A stretch of DNA of 64,000 nt from Longimicrobiales bacterium (GTDB lineage Bacteria > Gemmatimonadota > Gemmatimonadetes > Longimicrobiales > RSA9). The notes beneath the pieces are model-generated. The model ran no database searches and was not told the origin of the DNA. It saw only the letters and a list, made by a program, of their open reading frames with translations. Where the stretch lies: the NCBI GenBank assembly GCA_035512635.1, contig DATKDR010000047.1:21518-85517 (forward strand). The letters run 5' to 3'. Position 1 is the first letter of the stretch; each line of letters begins with the position of its first letter. A program made the position numbers and the translations under genes. Shown here one piece after another: positions 1 to 9,267 of the stretch.

Positions 1-277
1 CCACCAATCCCGGCTGAGCCGCCCAGCCCGCGCCGGGAGCGATCACCACGTCCCGATCCTGCGTGGCCCGCTCGACCGCGGCCCGCTCGAGTTCCCGGAA
101 GGCGCGCTCGCCGCGCGTCCTGAAGATCGCCGCCGTGTCCAGACCTGCCTCGCGCTCGATGTCCGCGTCGGGGTCGACGAAGCGCCAGCCGAGCCGCTCG
201 GCCACCAGCCGCCCCACGGTCGACTTGCCCGAGCCGGGCAGGCCGACCAGCAGGACCCGGGACAGCCGTACCCGCAT
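1..277 (-). CDS. aroK: Shikimate kinase, N-terminal part (runs off the window edge)
   Basis: Manual translation from ATG at 277: MRVRLSRVLLVGLPGSGKSTVGRLVAERLGWRFVDPDADIE...IFRTRGERAFRELE (P-loop GxxGxGKS, GE..FR motif). Directly downstream of aroC; not in the ORF track. Confidence 0.92.
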   Translation of the reverse strand, partial: MRVRLSRVLLVGLPGSGKSTVGRLVAERLGWRFVDPDADIEREAGLDTAAIFRTRGERAFRELERAAVERATQDRDVVIAPGAGWAAQPGLV

Positions 278-291
278 CGATCCCTCGCGTT

Positions 292-1497
292 TCAAGCGGT
301 CGATGCTCGGCGCGCCGCGAGCTGGTCGAGGTAGGAGCCGAAGGCGCGCGTCAGCTCGGTCATCGAATCCCCGCCGAATTTCTCGAGCACCGCGTCCGCG
401 AGAACGAGCGCCATCATCGCCTCGCCGACGACTCCTGCGGCGGCGAGCGCTGCGACATCGCTTCGCTCGCGGATCGCATCCGCACGCTCTCCGGTCGACA
501 GGTCGACGCTGCGCAGCGGCTTCGCCAGCGACGACAGCGGCTTCATGGCGACGCGCGCGACGAGGGGCTCGCCGGTGCTCATGCCGCCCTCGACACCACC
601 CGCGTTGTTGCGCGTGCGGCGGAATCCGCCGCTCCGCCGGCGCGACGGGTCGGCCTCGATCTCGTCGTGGACGGCGGAGCCGCGCAGCGCCGCCGCGCGG
701 AAGCCCATGCCGATCTCGACCCCCTTCATCGCCTGGATCGACATCAGCGCCCCCGCGAGACGGGCATCCAGGCGGCGCTCACCGCTGACGTGACTGCCCA
801 GTCCGACCGGAAGGCCGGTCGCCACGACCTCGAAGACGCCGCCCAGCGTGTCGCCCTCCGCGGCGGCGCGGTCGACCTCCTCGATCATGCGCGCCTCGGC
901 GTCCGGATCCAGCGTGCGCAGCGGTGAGGCGTCGGCCGCCGCGTTCAGGTCGGGCGGCAGCTCCTGCGGCCGCGCCGCTTCGACGCCGCCCATCATCACC
1001 ACGTGCGAGCCGATGCGGATGCCGACCTCCGCGAGCAGGCGCTTGGCGACGGCCCCGGCGGCCACGCGCGCCGTCGTCTCGCGCGCCGATGCCCGCTCCA
1101 GGATGTCCCGCGCGTCGTCGCGTCCGTACTTCAGTACCCCGGCCAGGTCCGCGTGACCGGGGCGCGGCAGCAGAACCCGCCGCAGCGCCTCGTCCGTCGC
1201 GATGTCGGCGGGCGCCTCGTGCGCCATCGCGGTGCGCCAGTTCTCCCAGTCGCGGTTGCGGATCACGAACGCGATGGGTGAGCCGATCGTCTCCCCGAGC
1301 CGGATGCCGGCTACGACCTCGGCCTTGTCCGCCTCGATGCGCATGCGCTCGCCCCGGCCGTAGCCGCCCTGACGGCGGCGCAGCTCGGCATCGACGTCGC
1401 GGCCCACGTCCAGGCGCAGCCCGGCCGGTATCCCCTCGACCACTACCACCAGGCCGGGGCCGTGCGACTCGCCCGCCGTCGTGAAACGCAGATGCAT
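292..1497 (-). CDS. aroC: Chorismate synthase
   Basis: LRFTTAGESHG N-terminus, RPGHAD, ERASARETT and RVAMKPLSSL signatures. Start moved to ATG 1497, which has GAGG upstream. Confidence 0.97.
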   Translation of the reverse strand: MHLRFTTAGESHGPGLVVVVEGIPAGLRLDVGRDVDAELRRRQGGYGRGERMRIEADKAEVVAGIRLGETIGSPIAFVIRNRDWENWRTAMAHEAPADIATDEALRRVLLPRPGHADLAGVLKYGRDDARDILERASARETTARVAAGAVAKRLLAEVGIRIGSHVVMMGGVEAARPQELPPDLNAAADASPLRTLDPDAEARMIEEVDRAAAEGDTLGGVFEVVATGLPVGLGSHVSGERRLDARLAGALMSIQAMKGVEIGMGFRAAALRGSAVHDEIEADPSRRRSGGFRRTRNNAGGVEGGMSTGEPLVARVAMKPLSSLAKPLRSVDLSTGERADAIRERSDVAALAAAGVVGEAMMALVLADAVLEKFGGDSMTELTRAFGSYLDQLAARRASTA

Positions 1498-1524
1498 CCG
1501 GGAAGACCTCGTAGCCATCAAGCG

Positions 1525-1553
1525 AAAGAGCCCGGCAACGTGCCGGGCTCTTT
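1525..1553. terminator. Intrinsic terminator-like hairpin, possibly bidirectional
   Basis: Perfect inverted repeat AAAGAGCCCGGCA-ACG-TGCCGGGCTCTTT, about 70 nt after the lipoprotein stop and just upstream of aroC. Confidence 0.75.
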
Positions 1554-1620
1554 GGGCGCGCGTCCATATAAGGTACCACGCGTCCGCCTGTCCAGCCGGG
1601 CACGCGGCCCGCAGTGGCGC

Positions 1621-4581
1621 CTAATCGATATCGCGCTCCCGCACGTCGACGATGACCACGCCGTCCGGCCGCTCGGCACCCGCCGACTGCGTGACGCCGA
1701 ACAGCTTGACGACCACGCAGGCCGGATCGCCCGGGCAGACCAGCCCGCCATTGTCGCCGTCGAGCGGCAGGGTCACCCGCAGCGGTCCCACGATCGGATC
1801 GCGGATCGGCACGTCGCCGCGAGCGAAGAAGTGGAACGTATCGATGATCCGAATGGTCGATTCGGCCGTGCCCACGAAGGACAATGTCTCGGCGCTGCTA
1901 CCCGCCGACTCCGTGGCCAGCAGCGGATGAAGCGCCGCGCCGAAGCCGCCCGGAGTAATGTCCTCCTCGAAGCTGCCCTCGAGTCGCAGAGCGCGATCGA
2001 AGTAGTAGGCCGCGAAATCGCCGCGCGCGACGCCCAGCGTGCCGTTCGCGTTCAGGCCCAGCCCCGTCACCGTCTCCGATGCGTTGTCGATGAGATCCAG
2101 GATCTCCATCTCATGCGACTGGCCCGAGGCCAGACAGCCGGGGTCGAGCGGCTCGGTGTTCGAGCCGTCGAACATGATGATGCGTCCGGCACCCGCGGTC
2201 GCGCCCTCGCCGAACGCAATCCAGCGCCGGTCGCCGCTGGCCGCGACGAACGTCGTGTCCTGCACGGCCACCGCTTCGTTGTTCAAAGAGCCGGCGCACT
2301 TCACCACGTCCGAGCCGGCCGCCCACGCCTGCGTGAACACCGTCGACTCGGTTCCGGTCACGTCGATCGTGGACGCCGGGAATCCCGGCACGTGATCGAC
2401 GATGCGGATCAGGTCACCCGAGTCGGTTGCCGCGATGAGGACGCGGTCCGCATTCAGGATCAGGAAGCTCTCCGCCGCGGTCTCGTCCGCCGGATCGCCG
2501 CCCGGGAACAGGAAATAGGTCTCGTAGGCGAGCCATCCGGCCGCCTGATCCTTCACGGCCATGCGGATGGTGCCGTCCGGCGCCGACTGCGTCGGCACCG
2601 TGCTGTAGAGCAGCGCCGTGCTGATCCCCTGTGCCACGAACTGCGGCCGGTCGCTGTAGCCGGTGAACACCACGGAGAAGCGTGGATTCAGCTGCGCGTC
2701 CAGCTCCCGCGTGAACTGATAGATCACCGTTTCTGGCGTGTGCACGCGCGCGGTCGGATCCTCGGCCAGAGTCGCCAGTCGCAGCGGCACCTTGGAAAGG
2801 TTGGTACCACCCGAGTTCGCCACGATCAGCGTGTCCGACGATAGATCGATGAACAGACCCCACGGCTGGGCACCGGTGAGAACGCCGTCCGGCAGGAACG
2901 TGGAGTCACGCAGCTCGAGCACGTCGACCCGGCTCTGCGAGAAGTTCGACAGGAACAGTCGCTCGTTTCCGAACGCGGTGTCGATGACGGCGTCCGAGAT
3001 GATGCCGCGTCCCGGCAGCCGCGCCGTGAAGCCGGCGACCGTGAGCAGGAGTCCGCGCTCGCTGTTCGCGCCCGTCGCGACCGTCGCCGTGTCCGAATTG
3101 CCATTGCCGTCGAAGGCGAAGGCGCGCACGCGCAGATCGATCGAATCCGGCAAGTCCACACTCGCGGCGAGCGTGGCGCTGACGTCGTCGTAGAGGTCCT
3201 TGACCGCGATGGCGACCGTCGTGTCGGGATTGCTGCGCGGCGTCGCGTAGTTCTGCGTGAACCCGAGCTGCGCCACCGAGGCACCCGAATTGAGCACGGC
3301 GTCCACGATGATGCCGATCTGGGTGACGCCCGCGCCGCCCTGATCATCCGCGCTGGCGGTAATCGAGATCGTGTCCAGCATCTCGACCCGCGGCAGTGGC
3401 TGAGTCAGCCGGGGGAGCGGACTGATCGTGTAGGACACGGTCGGGTCCGTCTGGTCGTCCAGCGTCTGCGCGACGACGAAGACCGTGACCGGTGCCGCCG
3501 GCGCAGTGACTCCGCGAACGTTGCGGGAGGTCGCGCTGATGACGAGGGTGCCCGTCGCTCCGGCAAGCCGCACGGCGGTCAGCACGTACGTGACGGTGTC
3601 GACCGTCGGAACACCGGGAACCAACAGCGGAATCGACTCCTGTAGAATGCCGCTCAGCTCGAGCGTGGCGCTCTCGATGCCGCTCGCGTCGTCGATCGTA
3701 ATGCGGATCGTGAGGTCCGTCAGCGTGCTGTGCACCGCCTCGTCGTCCGGCCGGATGATCCGGACGTCCGGCCCGCCCACGATGACCGGAACCGTGTCCG
3801 CGCTGACGTTGCCGAACAGGTCGGTGGCGGTGACGATGATGAAGACCGTTTCCACGCTGTCGCCGACCTGCGGCAGGTCGCGACGGATGATGGTGTCGGT
3901 CGGCAGCGTGTCCACGCCCTGGCGCGGGAAGGTCACCACGCGCTCCTCGAAGCGGGTCACCGTAACGTCGGTGCCGAGCTCGGCATCGCCCCTGAACGCG
4001 AAGCCGATGAAGCGCACCTCGCTGATGCCCGACTCGTCGGTGACATGCGCCTCGACACGGAGCGTCGCGCCGAGGCCCACGGCGGCGGTATCGCCGCTGA
4101 CGGTCCCCTCGGGCCCGACCGGGCGCCGGATCTCGACGATCGGCACAGCGGAATCCTCGATCTCGAGGGTCAGCGTGCTGGGCTCGCTCTCGGTGCCGGA
4201 GTCGTCCACGACCGTTACCGTGACGACCAGCGACGTGCCGGGCAAAGTCGCGGAGAGCGGAATGAGGAGTACCTCCTCGATCGCGAGCGCCGGCGAGGCG
4301 AGGGTAATCGTCGTATCCCGGACGGTCGTGCCGGCCTGGAGACTGACGTTGATGGTCTCGATCGGCAGCTGGCCGGTCGCGGCGACCTCGAGGCGCAGGG
4401 TTTCCCCCGCGCTCGCTGTCGCCGGTCCGGTCAGAGCGGTGATCTCCGGCTGGTCGGCCGAACCGCCGCCGGGGCCGTCGAAGACGTTGTCGGCACAGGC
4501 GCTCCCGAGGAGCACCACGCCACACAGTCCGATGGTGCCGGAGAGACGCCGCAGCGCGTCGATCATTTTGTTGTCGAACAT
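1621..4581 (-). CDS. Large lipoprotein with about four Ig-like repeats and a C-terminal beta-propeller; putative adhesin
   Basis: Lipobox LLGSA-C. Repeated beta-sandwich motifs (VTDESGISEV, IDDASGIESA, ADDQGGAGVTQI; VTATDLFGN, AFAFDGNGN) and a YVTN-like blade (QPWGLFIDLSSDTLIVANSGG). GGGGAG RBS before ATG 4581; immediately after pilQ. Confidence 0.7.
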   Translation of the reverse strand: MFDNKMIDALRRLSGTIGLCGVVLLGSACADNVFDGPGGGSADQPEITALTGPATASAGETLRLEVAATGQLPIETINVSLQAGTTVRDTTITLASPALAIEEVLLIPLSATLPGTSLVVTVTVVDDSGTESEPSTLTLEIEDSAVPIVEIRRPVGPEGTVSGDTAAVGLGATLRVEAHVTDESGISEVRFIGFAFRGDAELGTDVTVTRFEERVVTFPRQGVDTLPTDTIIRRDLPQVGDSVETVFIIVTATDLFGNVSADTVPVIVGGPDVRIIRPDDEAVHSTLTDLTIRITIDDASGIESATLELSGILQESIPLLVPGVPTVDTVTYVLTAVRLAGATGTLVISATSRNVRGVTAPAAPVTVFVVAQTLDDQTDPTVSYTISPLPRLTQPLPRVEMLDTISITASADDQGGAGVTQIGIIVDAVLNSGASVAQLGFTQNYATPRSNPDTTVAIAVKDLYDDVSATLAASVDLPDSIDLRVRAFAFDGNGNSDTATVATGANSERGLLLTVAGFTARLPGRGIISDAVIDTAFGNERLFLSNFSQSRVDVLELRDSTFLPDGVLTGAQPWGLFIDLSSDTLIVANSGGTNLSKVPLRLATLAEDPTARVHTPETVIYQFTRELDAQLNPRFSVVFTGYSDRPQFVAQGISTALLYSTVPTQSAPDGTIRMAVKDQAAGWLAYETYFLFPGGDPADETAAESFLILNADRVLIAATDSGDLIRIVDHVPGFPASTIDVTGTESTVFTQAWAAGSDVVKCAGSLNNEAVAVQDTTFVAASGDRRWIAFGEGATAGAGRIIMFDGSNTEPLDPGCLASGQSHEMEILDLIDNASETVTGLGLNANGTLGVARGDFAAYYFDRALRLEGSFEEDITPGGFGAALHPLLATESAGSSAETLSFVGTAESTIRIIDTFHFFARGDVPIRDPIVGPLRVTLPLDGDNGGLVCPGDPACVVVKLFGVTQSAGAERPDGVVIVDVRERDID

Positions 4582-4602
4582 GATGCTCCCCGATCTCAAG
4601 AG

Positions 4603-6363
4603 TTAGAGCTCTCCCGCCTTCACGATGTGAGGTGTCACCATGATGAGGAGGTCCTGCTTGGACTCTCGCTCGGTGGTGCGACGGAAGAGGAAACCGATAA
4701 AGGGGAGATCCATCAGGACGGGAATCCCGGACTGCGACTGCGTACGCTCGATGACGGTCAGGCCGCTGATCACCGCGGTCTCGCCGTCGTTCAGCAGCAC
4801 TTCGGTGGAGGAGCGCTGCGTCTGGAAGACGACACCCACGTCGGAGGCCGCGAGCGTCACGTTGGACCGCTCGGCGTGGACCTGGAGATAGACCTGATCG
4901 CCGGTGACGTGGGGCCGGACGCGCAGGATGATACCGGTCTGCTTCGTCTCGACGCTCGCCACGGGGAAGCCGCCGGCACCGCCGCCCGCGGCCGCGTCGA
5001 TCACGCGAATGGGCGTCTCCTGGCCGACCAGGACTTCCGCCTCGCGGTTGTCCATGGTGGTGATGACGGGCTCCGCCTGGATGTCGGAGAGCGACAGGTC
5101 GCGCAACGCCTCGAGGAAGCCGACGAGCGAGTGGCTGCCGAGCACCAGGCTGCCGACGATGCGGAGCGCGGGGTTGCCCACGCGCTGGCCCGCATTGCCC
5201 AGCGCGGCGATGGAATTGCCGCCCAGCAGAATCACGTCTTCGCTGGTCCGTTCGCCCGGCTCGATGATGCCGTCGCCGTCTTCGTCGAAGACGCCTTCGA
5301 CGATCGCGTTCAACTGGTTGCCGCCGGTCGGCTGCTGGAGGTCCTTCAGGTCGTAGACGAAGCCGAGCTCCTCGAGCGTGGTCCGGTCGATGAAGATGAT
5401 CTTGGCCGCGATCGTGACCTGCGGCGTCGGCGCGTCGAGCCGCGCGATCACCTCGCGCAGCCGCGACACGACGGACGACGCGTCCGTGATGATGATCAGG
5501 TTCGCCGCCGAGCTCTTCGTCGCCTGTCCGCGCTCGCTCAACAGATCGCGTACTGCCGGCAGCAGCGAATCGACGCTCACGTAGTTCAGGCGGAACGACT
5601 CCGTGACCAGCTCCTCCTCGGCCAGGCGTCCCGCCAGGTCCGAGGTTCGGTCGACGCGCAGAATGCCGGTCTCGGTCTCGCGGATGGTCAGGCCGTTCGC
5701 ATCCAGGATGGTCTGGAGCGCCACGTCCCAGGGCTGGTTCCGGATCTCGGCATTCACCCCGATATCGGTGACGCCGGGGCCCGCGATGATGCTGCGCCCG
5801 GTGAACTCTGCGAAGGTGTTCAGCACGTCGAGGATCGGCGTCCCCTCGAAGGTCACCGTGATGCGCGGCTCCTCCTGCATGATCGGAACAGCCACCCGCT
5901 GCGCGCCGCCCATGGGCTGCGTCGTCGGAGTCAGTTCCGTATCCCGCACGACGGCGAGCGAGGGGTCGCCGCTGTTCCAGGCAGCGAACGGGCCGACGGG
6001 GTTCGGATACGTGATCCGGATGCCGTTGCCGATCTGCTGCATCGAGTAGTTGACGGGCTCCGTCAGGTCGAAGACCAGGCGCACCGTCTCGGCTTCGTAC
6101 TGGCTGGTTCGCACACCCACCACCCCGCCACGACCGATGCCGGGATAGTTCTCCGTCGGCAGCGCATGGCGCGCCCCGGTGACGTCGATGACCAGACGCG
6201 CAGGCGCCCGGAGCATGTAGTCACGCACGGTGACGGGTCCGCCGGCCACGTCGATGACGATCTCCGTCGCCTCGCCCGCCGGCCGGATGTGGAATGCCTG
6301 CACGTCCGCCTGCTGCGGCGCGGCCACGGCCACCGCCGCCAAGAGTGCCAGTGTCGAGATCAT
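4603..6363 (-). CDS. pilQ: Type IV pilus secretin with N-terminal AMIN domain
   Basis: Signal peptide, AMIN (PARLVIDV, VRLVFDL), N0 domain (PWDVALQTIL), secretin C-terminus (GIPVLMDLPFIGFLFR, LLIMVTPHIV); last gene of pilMNOPQ. Confidence 0.96.
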   Translation of the reverse strand: MISTLALLAAVAVAAPQQADVQAFHIRPAGEATEIVIDVAGGPVTVRDYMLRAPARLVIDVTGARHALPTENYPGIGRGGVVGVRTSQYEAETVRLVFDLTEPVNYSMQQIGNGIRITYPNPVGPFAAWNSGDPSLAVVRDTELTPTTQPMGGAQRVAVPIMQEEPRITVTFEGTPILDVLNTFAEFTGRSIIAGPGVTDIGVNAEIRNQPWDVALQTILDANGLTIRETETGILRVDRTSDLAGRLAEEELVTESFRLNYVSVDSLLPAVRDLLSERGQATKSSAANLIIITDASSVVSRLREVIARLDAPTPQVTIAAKIIFIDRTTLEELGFVYDLKDLQQPTGGNQLNAIVEGVFDEDGDGIIEPGERTSEDVILLGGNSIAALGNAGQRVGNPALRIVGSLVLGSHSLVGFLEALRDLSLSDIQAEPVITTMDNREAEVLVGQETPIRVIDAAAGGGAGGFPVASVETKQTGIILRVRPHVTGDQVYLQVHAERSNVTLAASDVGVVFQTQRSSTEVLLNDGETAVISGLTVIERTQSQSGIPVLMDLPFIGFLFRRTTERESKQDLLIMVTPHIVKAGEL

Positions 6364-6821
6364 CAGCGGGCTCCTTCTGCGTCGTCGCTCTTGAGCCTCA
6401 GCATTTCCTGCCGGGTCTGACCGAAATCTTCAACCACGAAAAGCACCTCCAGAGGACGAATCTCGAGTACCGTAGCGTTGCCGATAATGTCGCCGCGCCG
6501 GGCACGGTAGAGATTTCCCGACCGATCATGGATGAGCGCGATGCTCTGTCCGCGCCCCGTCGAATAGATGATGCCGCTCAGCCGCAGGTCCGCGAACGTG
6601 GGGCCCAGATCCACGCCCGGCCCCACCAGCGCCTGGAACGGGTCGCGCAGCCCCGAGACGTCGTAGCCGTAGACCTCCCGCTCGTAGACGAGGCGGACTT
6701 CGCCTTCGGCCGGCGCAGGCACCTCGTCCATCGCATCGCCCGGCTGCGAATCCTGCGCGGCGAGAGGCGTCGCGATGCAGGCGAGCGCGAAAGCGCATGC
6801 GATCATACGGGCATCACGCAC
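6363..6821 (-). CDS. pilP: PilP-like alignment-complex protein
   Basis: RDPF motif, LRLSGII and GDIIG beta domain; located between pilO and pilQ. Confidence 0.8.
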   Translation of the reverse strand: MRDARMIACAFALACIATPLAAQDSQPGDAMDEVPAPAEGEVRLVYEREVYGYDVSGLRDPFQALVGPGVDLGPTFADLRLSGIIYSTGRGQSIALIHDRSGNLYRARRGDIIGNATVLEIRPLEVLFVVEDFGQTRQEMLRLKSDDAEGAR

Positions 6822-7401
6822 CGGTCACCCCCGTCGTGTCTCCTGGCTGCGGCAGGATGTACGTCTCGATGCGAAACGACGCTTCGAGCGCGCGCCGGTC
6901 CTGCGCGCGACGCCGCAGAGTCAGATCGATCGGCGTGACGATGCGTGGCAGAGAGCCGACCTCGGCCAGGAACGCGCCGATGTCGTGATAATCGCCGATC
7001 ACGCCCATCTGATAGGTGACGCGGCGATAGAATTCGGTCGCGACGTCCTCCTCGGGGCGCATGAGCGACAGCTGCACGCCGGAGATCTCCGCCCGGCTCG
7101 CGATCATGTTGAGCAGGTCCGGCACCTCTTCGCCCATCGGAATGAGCTGCTCCAGCCGCTGCATGTGCTCCTCGTACAGCTCCAGCCGGCGCGCGAGCTC
7201 CTCCGTGGAGCCCTGGCTGGCAATGGTGCGCGCGGTATTGTTGTTCTGCTCGAGCGCTTCCAGTCGCGTCTCCATGGCGGCGACTTCCTCCGCCTTCGCG
7301 CCGTGGAAGAGGTACCAGTACGCGAGCAGAAGCAGAAGCGGCACGAGCCCGATCAGCAGTTTCTTCTGCTGATTCGGATCACTCGGCAGCAGTCCCATCA
7401 C
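6814..7401 (-). CDS. pilO: Type IV pilus assembly protein PilO
   Basis: N-terminal TM, coiled coil, LIP..EEVPDLL and GDYHDIGAFLAEVGSLPRIV motifs. Confidence 0.93.
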   Translation of the reverse strand: MMGLLPSDPNQQKKLLIGLVPLLLLLAYWYLFHGAKAEEVAAMETRLEALEQNNNTARTIASQGSTEELARRLELYEEHMQRLEQLIPMGEEVPDLLNMIASRAEISGVQLSLMRPEEDVATEFYRRVTYQMGVIGDYHDIGAFLAEVGSLPRIVTPIDLTLRRRAQDRRALEASFRIETYILPQPGDTTGVTGA

Positions 7402-8056
7402 TCACCTCCTCTGCGTCCGCGGCAAAGAGCGGAACGGTCTCGATGCGATCGGGCGGCGGCTCCTCGAAACGAGCCTCCAGCGCGAACTGGTGCAGCGTCG
7501 TTTGCTGTTCCTGGACCTGCGCCGTCGACAGCAGCCGCACACCTCGAATGAAGGGCGACGCCTCCAGGTTACTCATGAAGCGCGTCAGCGCGAAATTGTT
7601 GCCCGTGCGTCCGTCGATCTGGAAGCTCGGTGTCGCACCGCCGTCCATCTGCGCGACGGACACGAGCCAGGTGTAGTCCGGCAGTGCGCGGGCGAGCTCC
7701 GCCATGATGTGCGGCCAGGTATAGCGGCCCTCGTCGATCTGCTGGATCACCTCCAGCTTCATTGCGATCGTGTCGCGGCGCTGCCGCAGCTCGTTCGTCT
7801 GGGCGATGGTCGCCGCGTAGCGCGTCGAATCCGCCACCGCCGTCTCGATCTGGCCCGACAGCGTGGCCGCCGCGGCCTGCGTGCCGAGGAAGAGCCACGC
7901 GAGACCGCCGATGCCGATGACCCAGGCGGCGACGATGAAGAGGATCCAGCGGTCGAAGTCCGGCAGCTTCAGGGACTTGAGGCTCGAGGCCGCCCCTCCG
8001 CCGAGGGACTTCCGAGAGCGCCGCTTCACGCCTGGTAGCAAATTTACTTCAATCAT
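7379..8056 (-). CDS. pilN: Type IV pilus assembly protein PilN
   Basis: MIEVNLLP (INLLP motif), TM, coiled coil, LP...WL and FMSNLEASPF. Confidence 0.94.
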   Translation of the reverse strand: MIEVNLLPGVKRRSRKSLGGGAASSLKSLKLPDFDRWILFIVAAWVIGIGGLAWLFLGTQAAAATLSGQIETAVADSTRYAATIAQTNELRQRRDTIAMKLEVIQQIDEGRYTWPHIMAELARALPDYTWLVSVAQMDGGATPSFQIDGRTGNNFALTRFMSNLEASPFIRGVRLLSTAQVQEQQTTLHQFALEARFEEPPPDRIETVPLFAADAEEVSDGTAAE

Positions 8057-8065
8057 GCCCGATCC

Positions 8066-9106
8066 CTAAGGTCGTCGCATGGCCAGCCCGACGGCCATCA
8101 TGAGCATCGGCGCCAGCTCGTCTATCGGATGGGACTGCATGACTTCCGGCCGTACCGCGATCCGCTCGAGCGGAGACACGATCCGCACCGGGATGCGGAG
8201 CCGGCTGGCCAGTGCCTCGACCATGCCGGGAACGCGCGAGCCCCCGCCCGACAGGAACACGCGACTCACCTCGCTGCCGCCGGTCTGGGCGGCGACGAAA
8301 GCGGCGGCGCGCTCGATGCCGACGCCCAGCTCGTCCGCGCGCTCGACCACGAAGGAGTCGAGCTCCTGATGACTGTCGCTGCGTCCCTGCACCATCTCCT
8401 CGGCCTCGTCCGCGGTCAGGCCGCGCTCGCGCTGGAGCGCTTCGCGCAGCCGTCGTGAGCCGAACGAGATCTCGCGCACCGACACCGGCACGCCGTCCTC
8501 GATCAGGTTCACGTTCGTCGTCTCGTGGCCGACGTTGACGAGCGCGATGAGGCCGCGCATCTCGTCGGGGTAGTTCACCTCGAACGCGTTGTGCAGCGCG
8601 AAGGCGTCCACGTCGATGATGGACACGTTCAGGCCGGCGTCGGTCAGCAGGCTCTGCCGGTTGTCGATCAGCTCGCGCTTGGCCGCGACCAGCAGCACCG
8701 ACATCTGTGCCGCCTCGCCGCCGGGATCCAGGATCTGGAAGTCAAGCTGCACGCTCTCCATGTCGAAGGGCACGTGCTGCTCCGCTTCCCAGCGGATGAC
8801 CTCGCGGGCATCCGCCTCCTCCATCCGGTCCATCTGGATCTTCTTGATGATGACGTCGTGGCCACCGACGGCGGCGACGACGTTCTTCTTCTTCAGACCG
8901 GCGGACTCGACGACCGAGCGAATGGTATCGGCGACGAGGACGGGGTCCATGATCTCCCCCTCCACGATGGCATCGGGCACGAGCGGACTCGTGGCCAGCT
9001 TCGTGATCTCCGGCTGAGCACCGGAATGATCGACGACAACCAGCTTCACGAAGCCACTGCCGATATCCAACCCGGCGCTGACCTTGCCTCGGCCAAAAAG
9101 TCCCAT
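8066..9106 (-). CDS. pilM: Type IV pilus assembly protein PilM (actin-like)
   Basis: GLDIGSGFVK, EAEQHVPF, VLLVAAKRE, IDVDAFAL, LSGGGS and AVGLAMR motifs. Confidence 0.97.
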   Translation of the reverse strand: MGLFGRGKVSAGLDIGSGFVKLVVVDHSGAQPEITKLATSPLVPDAIVEGEIMDPVLVADTIRSVVESAGLKKKNVVAAVGGHDVIIKKIQMDRMEEADAREVIRWEAEQHVPFDMESVQLDFQILDPGGEAAQMSVLLVAAKRELIDNRQSLLTDAGLNVSIIDVDAFALHNAFEVNYPDEMRGLIALVNVGHETTNVNLIEDGVPVSVREISFGSRRLREALQRERGLTADEAEEMVQGRSDSHQELDSFVVERADELGVGIERAAAFVAAQTGGSEVSRVFLSGGGSRVPGMVEALASRLRIPVRIVSPLERIAVRPEVMQSHPIDELAPMLMMAVGLAMRRP

Positions 9107-9161
9107 CGTGAGACCTGCTTCGTCGATGTCAGGGGAACTGAGAGCCTAAAGAAGCGTCTTA

Positions 9162-9191
9162 AGCTTAGGGCCGCAAGTTTTCCCCTGTCAA
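9162..9191 (-). promoter_or_regulatory. Sigma70-type promoter for pilMNOPQ
   Basis: Minus strand TTGACA-N18-TAAGCT (perfect -35 box), about 55 nt upstream of the pilM start. Confidence 0.65.
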
Positions 9192-9267
9192 GGAGTTTCC
9201 CTCGGCGGGCGACTCGAGCGGGGCTGGATTTCCGCGCGCGATCGCCGCGCGCGTGCATCGTTTCGGA

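Noticed and set aside
3730-6420. 896-aa plus-strand ORF and other long antisense or alternate-frame ORFs (e.g. 19144-21114, 44123-46633, 59458-62931)
   Set aside because: They are shadows of well-supported genes in high-GC DNA, with Arg/Ala/Pro-rich translations and no recognisable motifs.
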